Part shown: piece by piece, positions 51,380 through 64,000 of the stretch
Layout of the letters: the number at the start of each line of letters is the position of its first letter
How positions within the stretch are numbered: position 1 is the stretch's first letter
NCBI GenBank assembly: GCA_024137785.1
Contig: JAHRHZ010000140.1
Coordinates: forward strand, 19,524,760-19,588,759
From: Ginglymostoma cirratum
Lineage: Eukaryota
Length of the DNA stretch: 64,000 nt
Reading direction: 5' to 3'
The notes under the pieces: generated by a model
The model's input: only the letters and a program-made list of their open reading frames with translations
Database searches by the model: none
What the model was told of the DNA's origin: nothing
Program-made: the position numbers and the translations under genes

Positions 51380-52650
51380 AATTATATCTATATAATGCCT
51401 TTCCTGTCCCAAGGTGCTCCACAGATGTTCTATAAAACCAAATTACACACTACAGCATATAGATTGATATGAAGGATGACAGCCAATAGCTTAGTTAGAG
51501 GTTGGTTTTAAGAGGCACGTTAAAGCAGAAGTACAGAGTCAGAGGGGGAATTCTAGATGGTGCAAAGGCAGCTAAAAGCTTAGTCAACAATGGTAGTGCA
51601 AATAAAACGGAAGATGTCCAAGCAGTAAGAATTAGATTAAAATAGATAACCTGGAGATTTGTGGGGCTGGGAGAGATTACAGAAATTGAAAGAGGCAGGG
51701 CTAGGAGGGATTTAAAAACAAGTCTGAGAATTTTAACGTCAAGGTGTTGCTTGACTAGCACCTCATGAAGGCCAACAAACACAGCCAGTGATTAGCCAAA
51801 GGGTCATGGTGCAAGCAAGGACCCAGGTAGTAAAGTTTTTGGATGGCCTCATGTTTAGAGGAGATACAATATTGAATGCCAATTTCAGCAGCAAACAAGC
51901 AAAGAGAGTGGCAAAATCAGGTGATGTTACAGAGGTGTGTCTTCATTATGGTGCAGTGGTTGGTCGCTCATTTCAGGGTCATATGTAATACCAAGCTTGT
52001 GGAATGTTGCCAGGAATTGGGGTGGGATTAGGAAGTGGGGAATTGAGTTTGTAGCAGGGTTTGAAGACAATGGCGTCAATTTTGCTAGCAGTCAACTGGA
52101 GAAAATTTCTTGTGCTTTGATACATCAGATAAGAAGTCTGATAAGTTAGCAATTATTCGAGGTTAAATAATGTTGGGTGCCAGAGTACGAGTGAAAACTA
52201 ACATTGTGATTTTGGATGATATCACTGAGTGGTAGCATGTAAATGACAAATAGGAGATTTTCAAAGGTAGATACCAAGTAGTGATGCAGTTGGAGGAGGA
52301 AGAGAGGCTATTCCATGTGGTACTATGTCTATAATGAGATAACAAGAATAGATCCAGGTGAATGCAGTCCCATACAGCTAGAAGACAGTGTTGGAGAAGG
52401 GGGATGTGCTAATTATTTTAAAGGCTGCATTCAAGTTGAGAAAGACAAGGAGAGACAGCTTACTTTTGTCACAGTGACAAAAGATGTCATTTGTGTCTTT
52501 GACAAGGGTTGTTTCCATGGTGTGCCAAGGATGGAAATGTCATTGGAGTTCTGAGAAAGACTGACAGGAGATTTGGAAAACAACATACTAAAGGACTTTG
52601 GACAGGAAGAGGAGATTAAAAATAGGGTGATAGTTTACAAGACTGGTTAA
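51380..52650 (-). mobile_element. L2 LINE fragment, decayed
   Basis: Minus KILRLVFKSL (L2 ORF2 C-terminus) and HGTMETTLVKDTNDI..LSLSFST near 52430-52530, an HSTETALVKVTNDIL-like RT motif. Confidence 0.75.
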
Positions 52651-53019
52651 GGCTTAAGCTAATTAATTTGTTAACTTTTTCTCCCTGCTGTTTCTATATA
52701 CAGATTAACTTATCATCCTCATAAAGGTTACATGTAGCTAGCAAATGCCTTGTTGTTTAGATTGAGGATGGCATTGCACTTTTTCCAATATAAATATGAT
52801 TAACTGAAGGCCACTAAAAATGGAGCAAGGAAAAAACCAACATTTAACTCAGCCTTGTTGCTCCAAGAAACACAAGGACATGTGATCTAAATATCAATTT
52901 TCCTATTGTGCCCAAACGCACTTCAAAAACTACATTTATACTGGAGGTTAACCATGTGTTAGCTCATCCGTAGTCAGTGCTAAAGATATGAGGATGCTAA
53001 AATAAATAATTCCTTCAAC

Positions 53020-54524
53020 AGGAAAATTCTGAACGTATTTTTAATGTAAATTAGGCAGATTATAACCCATTTACCATATATAATAGTGACAGTAGAAGCA
53101 AGCACAGATCGATATATAAGACTCTCTTATATATGACAGAAGTGTTGCATGTAAGCTGCATCCAAGGTAATACAGCTTCTATATTGCACACAAAAAAAAG
53201 TGTTGCACTCTTATAAACAAAAAGAGGAAGACTGACATTAAATGCAATGAACTCTCAAGATATTTGGTTTGTAATGCACAAATACATTACAAAAATTATT
53301 TACAGAAACATAAACCAACACTTCAAGCACCTATTATAAACTAGTACTCCATGTTCAATAAAGCTCCAATGCTGTCAACTATAAAGAAGAGCTTTGTTAT
53401 TTTACCTTAACATTCTATAAACGAAATGAAAATAGAAAAGATGCACCATTGGTACTATTTTAGTAAAAGTTTAAATACAGAACTTAATACATAATTTGTA
53501 ACAAACATTGGTGATGAAGTATCGTAAAGAGATCATTAAATCATTGCACAACAACCCCAAGTCATTTCAGGCATCCAATGTGAATTATATTGAACATTTT
53601 AACTTGATATAGGTACGCAGTTTGGTGCTTTATAAATAACTATGGTTTTTCTACTTTAATAATAAAAATATTGGTGATGGTCTGTTTTAAATGGTTAATT
53701 AATACTGGGTAATGAAATATTAGACTGAAGAATTTGGTTCTATTACAGCTTTGCTGAACACTAAGTACTTGTTAAGAGTGAACACTTGAAATGAAGCATT
53801 AACCATAAATGAAACACCACTTTTTGCGCAAGTATACAATACTTAAGCTTAGACTTGCATCCAAATATGGAGGCGATTCCCTGCTATGTGTATGAAGGCT
53901 CGGAAACAGACACAAAAGCCACAGTTTGAGAGATTATGGCTTCTGGGCTGTTTGGAAGTAGTGAGGAAAGGAAGAGAAGAGTGACAAAATATTAACATGA
54001 CTTAACACTTAATGTTGCCCTTTTCAAAGGCACAGAAACATACAATAACTTCAGATCAGCACCCCAGCTTTTGTTACTTAAATAATTCTTTGATTTGCTA
54101 AAATACTGATAAACATTTCTGATATTGACCTTTGCCCACCCAATTCTCACATGTTGAGAACAATCTTTATCGAGAGTAAAGATCATGATTTTAAAAGGGA
54201 TCAGAAGTAGGAAAACTACTACTTCTTTCTGTAAAATATAACATATACAACATTTTGAGGTCATCGCTGTTAACTGAAAAACAACCTTCCGATATTAATG
54301 TCAAAGTATTACTCTTCTTCTTGACATTGTCTTCCATCTTTTACAGATAACTGCATCAGTTGCCCCATTTTTAGGCACATTTCCCTTTTGCTATCCATGT
54401 CCAAGACACGGATACACAGTGTGCTACAGTTAAGATGGCCTTGTTGTTTCAAACATTTCCATTGAAGCTGGCCTGTAAAACTGAAGTGGTGATAGGATGC
54501 TTCTGTGTGGAGTCCAGCCAATGG
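53020..54524 (-). other. FHIP2A: Probable FHIP2A 3' UTR, with candidate ATTAAA poly(A) signal at 53040-53045
   Basis: Repeat-free AT-rich sequence after the stop. Minus-strand ATTAAA is followed by a U-rich tract. The 3' end is inferred. Confidence 0.6.
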
Positions 54525-54683
<159 letters not shown>

Positions 54684-55529
54684 TTATCTGATGTTATTCG
54701 TGTTTACTATCCAATTCAACATACAAAATTAAATCCCAACATTTGACAAAATGAAATTTAACAGTAGGCCAATAGGTTAAGTCAAATTCCGTGCATTCCG
54801 TCAAAATCTGTTATTCTAATACTGCAAAAGCACAATACAAACAACCAAATAATAGACGATAAAACTGAAAAGAAATCAGATCTTATTTTCTATATGTGAA
54901 CCAGATAAACAAGGATAAAATTGACAGGCAAATAAGTTTAAGTATGACTGAAAAGGAAGATGCTCAATTTATTATATTTTCTGTAAATTTTTTAGAAACA
55001 GCAATTGCTACATGGCAATCTAATTGCTATATGGCAAAAAAGGTTGCTACTAATGAATCACAAACTCAATGTGAGTCTTGATTGGATTGATTTGATTGCA
55101 ACTTCTCACTCTAGAGCCGAACAGTGACATGCATCAAATGGTGTTCTCAAAATCTGCAGATTACATTTCCAAACCCATCACTCCTCATTTGTATTTGTAT
55201 TGCAGTGAGAATGGCAAGTCAACTGAATGGTTGCATTGCTTTCTCACTTTATTTGATTGCAAGGAGCCAGACCTCTATGAATGGGCATTCAACATGTTGC
55301 ATCAAGAAGCTCTCATTAATTTAACTGCCCCCTGTGCTTTATCTGTAGATGCAGGTCACTTATAATTAAAACCAAGTTTTTTTTTGAGTGTTAACTTCGT
55401 CTGCATTCAGGAAGATGCAACGCAACAAATTGAGTTCAAGTTACAAGTCAGTTAATCCAGAAGTGAAACAGTTAAAAAGTAAGAGGAGCGATTTAAATAT
55501 GATGGACATCATCCGGTAGGAGGGAAGAA

Positions 55530-55785
55530 TAAACATGAAAACAGAAAGTACAGGAGAAACCCAGCATCTGTGAACAGAGAAATAGAGTTAATGTCTTGAG
55601 TCCAATGCCCATTTTAGAACTGAAGGAGGATGATGTTTTTTATGCCCATCCCTTTTGAATTCTGAAGAAGTTATTGGACTTGAAATGTTAACCATGTTTC
55701 TCTCACCAAAGACGCTGCCACACCTGCTGAGATTTTCCTGTACTTTCTACTTGAGTTTTAGATCTCCAGCAACTGCAATACTTTT
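55530..55785. repeat. Decayed fold-back Penelope-type element in an FHIP2A intron
   Basis: Inverted arms agaaagtacagga..cagcatct..gagttaatgtcttgagtccaatg and ttattggacttgaaatgttaacc..ctgtactttct; core aattCTGAAGAagttattggacttGAAATGTTaacc. Confidence 0.7.
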
Positions 55786-56789
55786 ATGTGAGTGAAGGAC
55801 TGAACTCAGCTTTAAAAGAATATGAAAGCCAAACTGTAGGTGTTTCCAAATTTGGAAGATCCATTGGTAGACAGTGAAATTCAAAATAAAGCTATTTAAA
55901 ATTAGTTCACCAATCATAGATGGTATACTGAATCCTGAGGCTGCTAGAGAGCAAAGTAACAATTTTCCAAACTATTTGCAATTACAAATTGTGTATAAGA
56001 ACTGGACAGTGCCCAATGTTAAAGAAACTGGAAAAAACAACAAGAAATTAAAGGCCAGGTTGTGGATGAAATTTTTAAAGAAGGCATTGGAGGAATGATT
56101 GCATCCCTTCCTAGACCCATGGTGCATCAGGAAGCATGGTAGATTGAGAAGTGGGTTTAAGCACTTGTAAAGAAAATACAAGATGGTTAATGGTGCAATA
56201 CTGTGACTACATTTCAAAAAACAATGAACCGGCTATAAAATGGGACTATAATTTTTTTTAAAAATACCTTTTCCACTGACAGAAGGTAGATCTAACTGAG
56301 ACTGTCAAAATCATTAAAGATTTCAACAGGGTAAAATTAAATATTGGTGAATTGACAACAAGAAAAAGTGGAGATTATCATGGAATAATGAAAGTGACAA
56401 CTAAGAACTATTTTCACGAAGAATTATTAGAACATGGAATGAATAATTACAAATGCCTATTGACTACTATGAAAGGGATTGGTTAAGCATTAAAACAAAT
56501 ATAAAAGGTCATTAAGAAAAAGAAAGGAAATGTGATTACATTCACTATCCTTAGCTGAAGAACTGGTTCTGGCACGATAGGCTATACACAGGCATGAACA
56601 ACATTTTTCTATTTGAGCTTGAGTCTTGTGCTTTCTGAAATTGGAATGACCCAAGGAATATACATTCCATTTAGAGGGCTCTGTTGCAACATCCTGGATT
56701 TAGGCATCTAGCAATTTCCCACTTACAGTAATGTGCACATTATCAGTACTATAAAATAGTAAGCAGAAGCATTGATTAATCTGAACTTA

Positions 56790-56894
<105 letters not shown>

Positions 56895-57066
56895 CTAGAA
56901 ATTTATTCATGAGAATTTAAGGTAACAGCCTTCATGTTTCTACCGTATTTTTAAAAGCTAGTTTACATTAATAGTAAGAGCAAATATCCAATAGAAATGC
57001 AAAGAAATCTGATTTTTAACAAACATGCATAATTTTCACATCTAACAATACAAAACAGCCAAGTTA

Positions 57067-57216
<150 letters not shown>

Positions 57217-57379
57217 CTAGAAAGGAGAAAAAAGTTCAAAATAATTAGTATTTTGAAAAGGTAAGAATATACAAGTCATTTCAAATAGCTTGTAAGTTCT
57301 CCAATACAAGGAGGCACCAGAAAGAAAATGTATTGATTACGGATTCCATACCAACCGTAAAACCGTGCACAGAGATAAA

Positions 57380-57581
57380 TCAGTCGGAGATAGCAAGAAC
57401 TGCAGATGCTGGAATCAGAAACAACACACTATGGAGCTGGAGGAACACAGCAGGCCAGGTAGCATCAGCGGAGCAGGAAAGTTGATGTTTTCGGTCAGGA
57501 CCCTTCTTCAGAACAAAGGATTACTTTCCTGCTCCACTAATGCTGTCTGGCCTATGTTCCTCCAGCTCCACACTGTGTTGT
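57380..57581. mobile_element. Fold-back Penelope-derived element in an FHIP2A intron, with 12 bp TSD
   Basis: Arms tggagctggaggaaca..ggagcaggaaag and ctttcctgctcc..tgttcctccagctcca. TSD cacagagat(a/g)aa at 57368-57379 and 57582-57593. Confidence 0.85.
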
Positions 57582-57804
57582 CACAGAGATGAACCACATT
57601 ATGCAGTTCAGTGTTACCTAAAATACCTGCTTGAAAGTGGTTTTGTTTGCACTCAGTAGAATTTACAAATTGTGAATTAAAAAACTTATTATATCACATC
57701 ACTAAAAATTACATTTTCTATTTGGTTTGTCTCATTACTGTTTCTAATAGTTTATATTCATGTTACAGAACTGCCTTGAAGCATGGTACTCTTAGCATTT
57801 AGGA

Positions 57805-58015
57805 GGCAGATAGCTCAGGTGGCTTGATGGCTGATTTGCAAAGCAGTGTGCCAAAAGCCGAAAACACAGGTTCAACTACTGTACTGACTGAGGTCACCCT
57901 GAAGGTCCTGCCTTCTCGACCTCTCTCGAGACAATGATAATCCTCAAGTTAAACCACTGCCATTCATGTCTCTCTAACGAGAGCAACCCTATGATCTTCT
58001 GGTACTATGGCAATT
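57805..58015 (+). mobile_element. tRNA-derived SINE
   Basis: GGCAGATAGCTCAGGTGGC..GGTTCAAC..GAGGTCACC; homologous to 31043-31260. Confidence 0.65.
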
Positions 58016-58039
58016 TCACGTTTCTAAAATTAATAAAAA

Positions 58040-58203
58040 ACAGTATATAACACGATTGGTGAATAGTGGACGTTATTTGGATAACGCAAACTTTCTAATG
58101 TACAGTATAGCGATTTCCCCACAACACTATTTTCTATGGCAATTTTCTATTGCGTGATGTCACGCAACAATGCAATTACTGTGTTATAGCAGAACTATCT
58201 GTA
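58040..58203. mobile_element. Possible Tc1/mariner (Tigger-like) MITE end
   Basis: Ends gttatagcagaactatctg followed by TA; a similar end, caggcagttct, occurs at 46560. Confidence 0.35.
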
Positions 58204-58207
58204 CAAG

Positions 58208-59415
58208 GTTTCACACCAGCGATTCAGAGGTGTCATGCCTTATCTTTAACTGAAGATTCCTCCTCTTTCCACCACCCCACAAAGGCTGACAGGGCTCAAA
58301 AGAGTTCACTACAATTCCTCCAACTTTGCTCTTATCACATCTCTTCCCTCCCTCAACCATGATAGGAAACACATTTTCCTCATTTTTACATCCTACCAGT
58401 CTTTGTATTCAATAGCTAATTTCTGCCACCTCCAATGTGAAGCTACCACCAAATATCTTCCTTCAACTTTTCCAGGGATATGGTAGAGACTGAGTCTGGG
58501 TGGGAATATTCTTCAGAGGGTCAGTGCAGAGTCAATGGGCTGAATGGCCTCTTTCTGCACTGTAGGGATTTTATGATTTCAGCATTCTGAAGAGACTGTT
58601 TCATCTGTGATACCCTGGTCCACTCCTCAATTATTTCCAGCATCCCGTTCATTTTCGACAGCATCTTTCCAAGCAAGTGCAGAGCTAAATCATCTGCTTT
58701 TTATTCTTTGACCTCTTTTCTCCTCACAATCCAAGGTCCTAAACATTCCTTCTGGGTGAAGCAGTTTATCTGTGTTACTTCTGATGCATTCACTGCACAC
58801 ACTGCAGTCTCTGGCTAGACCAAATGCACATTTGCAGAATACCTAATTCTGTCTGTCAGCATGAACCTGATCTTCCAGTGGCCTGTCATTTCAATTTTTG
58901 AACCTGCTCTCACATTGTCATCTCTGTCCTTGGTTAAAGAAGCTTAAAAGAACAGCACCTCAACTTTCAATTAAGCATGTGTAGCCTTCATGATTCAACA
59001 CGGAGTTCAACAATTTCAGGTCACCACCACATTTTGCCTCCTTATCTGCACTACATTTTGTTTCCAATTCTTTGCGTGTTTCAGTTTCTCTTTTTTATTT
59101 CATTTGCTTACACACAGTAACACACTTGCCATAGACACATCTTTTGCTTCTTTTCTCATTTCACTGGCAATGTCTTTAGTTCTGGTTGACTAATGATGTT
59201 GACTCAAATCTCTCCAGTCATCCATGTTATCACAAGCGATCCTTTTGTTCCACCCAGTCCTCGCTCAAAACTTATTGGATATTGAAATTCTTCTAGGTCC
59301 AATGCTGTGACATGTGAATCCTTTTTCTCTTTCCACGGATGCTGCCCAAACCGCTGAGTAGTTTTAGTATTCTCTACTTTTAGTTCAAATTTTCAGCATC
59401 TGCAGTATTCTGTTT
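58208..59415 (+). mobile_element. Decayed Penelope-like element (GIY-YIG region plus terminal repeat); small CR1 tail inserted at 58475-58578
   Basis: Frameshifted remnants resemble vertebrate Penelope ORFs: HPTSL, SAF*RD..DTLVHS, TIQGPKHSF.VKQ, LPVACHFN, KLKEQHL.F and EFNNF. They are followed by the ccacggatgctgcc..gctgag terminal repeat shared with the fold-back elements. Confidence 0.78.
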
Positions 59416-59910
59416 CTCAACTGTCATCTCTGAGATGTTTCTCAACTCTCAAGAGTTATCCAATGTGTAATGGAAGTGTAAAGCTGCACTGACATACCTG
59501 TTAGATTTTAAGGACTACTATCAACTGTAACACAACAGAACTTTGCATTCCACCTCAATTGCATCAAACTTGATGCAGTCACTGGGTAAAAAGTAGAAAA
59601 TATGCCACTTCCAGCATGAAAATCTTCATCTTGAAGAGTATATCAGTAATAAACAATTGTTTATTTAGAGTAACTTCACCGAAGAAACACATATCACCAG
59701 ATGTTTAATTGTGAAATAATACAAATTTCATACTGTAATTCTGACTTTGGGTAGGTTAGGCCAATTTATCAGGAATAAGCTAGCCATGTAAATCACTGCA
59801 GAGAGGGCATGTCATCTTCATTTTTAATACAACAAGTACATTTTTAGAGCACTGAAGTAGATACATTTTCTGTCATAAATAATCAAAATCATTTCAAAAC
59901 TTTACAGTAC

Positions 59911-60054
59911 CTGATCAAGGATTCTGCCCATTCGATCAAACAGAACTTTTAAAAAATGTCCCTCAAAGAAAGGAGTTTCCAGACTACATTTCTCCAAAGG
60001 TTTAGGTATCGAAGGCCAGTCCCACCTCATACAGTTACCACAACAATCCCGGAA
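59911..60054 (-). CDS. FHIP2A: FHIP2A coding exon
   Basis: ttttactaacag|TTC CGG...GAT CAG|gtactg, 144 nt; [48 protein letters not shown]. Confidence 0.95.
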
Positions 60055-60372
60055 CTGTTAGTAAAATAAGCAATAATGAATTCCGGTAAGGAAAACAACT
60101 ACATTAACAGACTGCTGTCCAATCAATGAGTAGAAATCACAGAAATCAATTACTTTGAAGCTAAAAGTGCTCGGAGAAATTTTCGAATTTGAGATTTAGC
60201 CATTGAAAATTGAATAAGGGTAATGTGATCACAAATGACTCTCCAGCAATCATATTATGAAGAAGATCTCTACACTAAGTGTTTTTACCTACTTATGCTG
60301 CACATAACCACTTCTTAGGAACAGATTAATTTCTACTCATTATACAACACACATGTATTATTTGATGTGCTG

Positions 60373-60605
60373 AGAACATAAGAAATAGGAGCAGAAGGCC
60401 ACATGTCACTCGAGGCTGCTCTGCCATTCAATATGACAATGGTTGATCTTGGGCTTGAAGTGCATTTTCACCCTTGCTCCCCATACCATTCCATTCCATG
60501 AGACACCAACAATCTGTCTCTCTTGGCCTTAAATATATTCAATAATTGAGCATTCACATTCTCTGTGGTAGCAAATTCCAAACTTTCACACTCCTTTAAA
60601 TGAAG
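60373..60605 (-). mobile_element. Old CR1 3' fragment
   Basis: gaacataagaaataggagcag..ctgccattcaatatg..ccttaaatatattc, a CR1 3' UTR. Confidence 0.75.
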
Positions 60606-60627
60606 ACTTAAATGTTTCACCTTTTCA

Positions 60628-60774
<147 letters not shown>

Positions 60775-60833
60775 TCAAATACTTTACATTATGCAATCAA
60801 GCTATGATGATTATGCAATGATGATATTGAGTA

Positions 60834-61278
60834 TAAGACCATAAGACATCGGAGTGGAAGGAAGGCCATTCGGCCCATCGAGTCCACTCCGCCATTTAAT
60901 CATGGCTGATGGGCATTTCAACTCCACTTACCCGCACTCTCCCCGTAGCCCTTGATTCCTTGCGAGATCAAGAACTTATCAATCTCTGCCTTGAAGACAT
61001 TCAACGTCCCGGCCTCCACTGCGCTCCGTAGCAATGAATTCCACAGGCCCACCACTCTCTGGCTGAAGAAATGTCTCCTCATTTCCGTTCTAAATTGACC
61101 CCCTCTAATTCTAAGGCTGTGCCCACGGGTCCTAGTATCCCCACCTAACGGAAACAACTTCCCAGCGTCCACCCTTTCTAAGCCATGCATTATCTTGTAA
61201 GTTTCTATTAGATCTCCCCTCAACCTTCTAAACTCTAATGAATACAATCCCAGGATCCTCAGCCATTCATCGTATGTT
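60834..61278 (-). mobile_element. Young CR1 3' fragment in an FHIP2A intron
   Basis: Uninterrupted ORF 60918..61247 (YSLEFRRLRGDLIETYKIM..FFSQRVVGLWNSL); many CpGs retained. Confidence 0.92.
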
Positions 61279-61481
61279 TCATGGCAAAATTTTATACTTT
61301 AATATTACTGCAATATTAGTCCAAGCAGTTTCCGTATAGTAAGATGATATTTGGATATTTTGGAACTTAAATTTTCAAAACATCATTGAAGCTTTCAGGC
61401 GGATATAAAATATTCTACATCACCAGCTAATAGGAACAATGTGAGTTCGTGTGTGTCCTGGACAATACTAATTCACTAAAG

Positions 61482-61630
61482 AGACAGTGAAAACTGCTGA
61501 TGCTGGAGTCAGATAACACAGTGTGGAACTGGAGATTTCTGAAGGGGGGTCCCAACCCGAAACCTCAACGTTCCTGCTCCTCTGATGCTGCCTGGCCTGC
61601 TGTGTTCCTCCAGCTCCACACTATGTTATC
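61482..61630. mobile_element. Fold-back Penelope-derived element in an FHIP2A intron, with perfect 15 bp TSD
   Basis: actaattcactaaag at 61467-61481 and 61631-61645. Arms gataacacagtgtggaactggag and ctccagctccacactatgttatc. Core CTGAAGGggggtcccaacccGAAACCTCaac. Confidence 0.88.
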
Positions 61631-61644
61631 ACTAATTCACTAAA

Positions 61645-61790
61645 GCTGCTTATCTGGTCACTTTCCTCATTGTTTTGCATGACAACTTGCTGTCCACAAA
61701 TTAGTTGCTGCCTATGTGTCACAATTGTAAGTGTATTTCAATTTACAAGTGTTTTTGAATATTCCAGTGTCATGCTAGGAACCACACAAA
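61645..61790 (+). mobile_element. DeuSINE 3' fragment
   Basis: ttatctggtcac..cttgctgtccacaaattagttgctgcc. Confidence 0.5.
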
Positions 61791-62234
61791 TGCTTTAGTG
61801 TAAACTCATCACATAAATTAGTATTTGTATCCAATTCAAAGTCAAGCCATAATTACAATATTATTTAATGAGTCCTCCAGTGGAAATTTAATATCTGTGC
61901 ATATCTGTTCAAATTCTTTAAGCCACACCAATAGACTTACATTATTCTTTTTCTGCTGGTGGTTCCTCTAAGTGAGCAGACGCTTGCCATGTTGGAGTAT
62001 AACCTTGGCAAGAACCTGCATGTGGAGCCCTTACACATTGTTTCACTACAGCTACCACATGTGGAGTTCTGGGTGACCAAGAGAATCTCTCGCTTTTACT
62101 GCTTGCTTTATGGTGCCTGTTACACCCTGATCCATAAGAGAAAGCATTCAGTACTCACTCGTTCAAACCTTTCACACAGACCAAATAATTTTTTCATTTA
62201 ATTCGGCGAAGTTACAGTTGATCTTTGAACATAC

Positions 62235-62378
62235 CTATTTACAATTTTATGAACTTCTGTTTTCCCATCAGATTTTGTATGGTCTGGTGTTGGAGGTGGG
62301 GAAGCAGTCAGCCAAGTGGAACCCAGCAGTCTGTTATCAGGTGACAAATCTGTAAAAATTGGATCTTCCTCCAAATCT
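62235..62378 (-). CDS. FHIP2A: FHIP2A/FAM160B1 internal coding exon (sixth from last); upstream exons lie outside the window
   Basis: Minus strand tgtattcag|A GAT TTG...GTA AAT AG|gtatgt, 144 nt. Translates [47 protein letters not shown], matching the recalled vertebrate FAM160B1 [18 protein letters not shown] segment; phase fits the next exon. Confidence 0.93.
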
Positions 62379-64000
62379 CTGAATACAGGACAACAATGGA
62401 ACTTAATTAGAATAGGCAGAGCATATTTCATTACAAAACAAAATTACTCAGCACTGCTGCTGGGATTTTGTGAATCACAATAATGGAAACGTGGAATTTA
62501 CTTGTTTTATTCACATCATGTGAAAATACCCAACATACCATTGCAGATTGTCTTCTTTTAAATATAGATTTTGTCTGGTAAGAATATTATCAGGTATTCA
62601 ACGTTATTGCCAGTCACTCCTGATGGCAATAGTGCAAGTAACCTATATTTCTTTAAACATTATTTTGTTATGAACATCTCATAAGATGAACATTATGCAA
62701 TATTAAAGCATTCTAGGTTAACTGCATTAATTTTCTATCTTGTACTGATGCCAATATGATAATAACATGCCAACCTGAGAGATTAAGTGACATTTTTGGT
62801 TGGTTGAGCAGCCATTTACCACTAAGGGAAGAAAATCTACTAGCCTTCTAATTCTGATGTAAAATGACTTTGGGCATTCTCAGCTCAGCTTCTATTTGGC
62901 AGAGGGTTACAGCTGTCTCCCTGTTTTGACACTTGTGTTGTACACAAGGTAGAAGATCAACTTTTTGATGATATTTAGCTATCAGCTGTGAACAGGACCA
63001 TGTCTTCTGTCATGCTGTTCACAACTGTATGGTGCATCAACAAGCACTGTCGTCCCAAAATGAAAGACAGTCAACTTTCATGTAAATCAGCAGAAATGCG
63101 TGGAATGAAGAAGTTACAAACAAAATTTAAAAAGCTTGCAATGAAACTTCAAGGTTATGTGAAACTATTCAAAGAGAATCTTAAGTGAACTGCAGATTGG
63201 TATTGTTTTTAAAAGCAAGAGGAAAATCTGAATGTAGGTTAATTTCTACATGTATTTGGCATTGTGGTTTGCGATGTTGAACAGTTCAGATTACAGCAGA
63301 CCTGTTTAAGCGCTGTAGGTAAGATAACTTCTCAGAAAGCTACTGACTTCATGAGACCACTGAGGACTTTACTCCTTACCTACTTCAATTATACAAACAC
63401 ATAGGATCAATCTAGCTCGACGTCAGACACGATTTATGCTGACAGTTATTTGTGGAAATTCCTGTTTTGAGATACTCCATTTCCCCTCTCTAACCTTAAG
63501 ATATATCTTGCTGAAAATCTCTAACCCAGAAATCCAATTCAAGAAAAACTTGCACCTAATTCCAAAATAAATGGTGAGAATTGTGAAAAAGAAATGAAGG
63601 TAAATAACAGATTCCAAAGTTGTAAAAACAGTGAAGGAAAGAAAAAATAGAATAGAATATCCTTTATTGTCATGTGTATTCAAGTACAGACGTACAGGAG
63701 TACAATGAAAAGTTTTATAATGTCACTTCTTATGGTGCCATCTTAGGTACAATGTAGCTCGGCACAAATCTTAGATACAAAAAGAGGAATTACAGAAGAA
63801 AAGTAGTTGCATTACTTTACAGTGATTCACCGTGTAAGTTAGAAATATGACATAGTTGAAAGGATAGATATTATCGTCAGTAAACTACAATAAACTACAA
63901 ATAAACATTACATTGCAGTAGCTCAGCACAGGAGCTTCCACACATGGTCTGACTGCCCACACCAGACCTCAGCCCAACAACTATCTTCGCTCCATTTGAA

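Noticed and set aside
62198-62431. ORF-track 77 aa protein as a standalone gene
   Set aside because: Only 62235-62378 is exon; the remainder is intron read in frame.

Overview
Eukaryotic, AT-rich, repeat-dense DNA. The repeat content points to an elasmobranch (shark): CR1/HER1-type LINEs, an HE1/V-SINE, SacSINE1-like DeuSINEs and Penelope-like elements. The only recognisable host gene is the 3' end of FHIP2A (FAM160B1) on the minus strand: six coding exons between 62378 and 54525, all GT-AG and in phase, then a ~1.5 kb 3' UTR. Positions 1-53000 look intergenic. They hold decayed CR1 and L2 LINEs (one near-full-length CR1 nested in an older one), a decayed hAT transposon, a Gypsy LTR remnant with a tRNA-Leu primer-binding site, many SINEs and some unique enhancer-like stretches. 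The most notable signal is a set of short Penelope-derived fold-back elements with 12-15 bp target-site duplications and degenerate minimal hammerhead-ribozyme motifs, several of them in FHIP2A introns. Local direct and inverted duplications also flank the hAT element. All family and gene assignments come from motif recognition by eye and recalled sequences, not database searches, and repeat boundaries are approximate.
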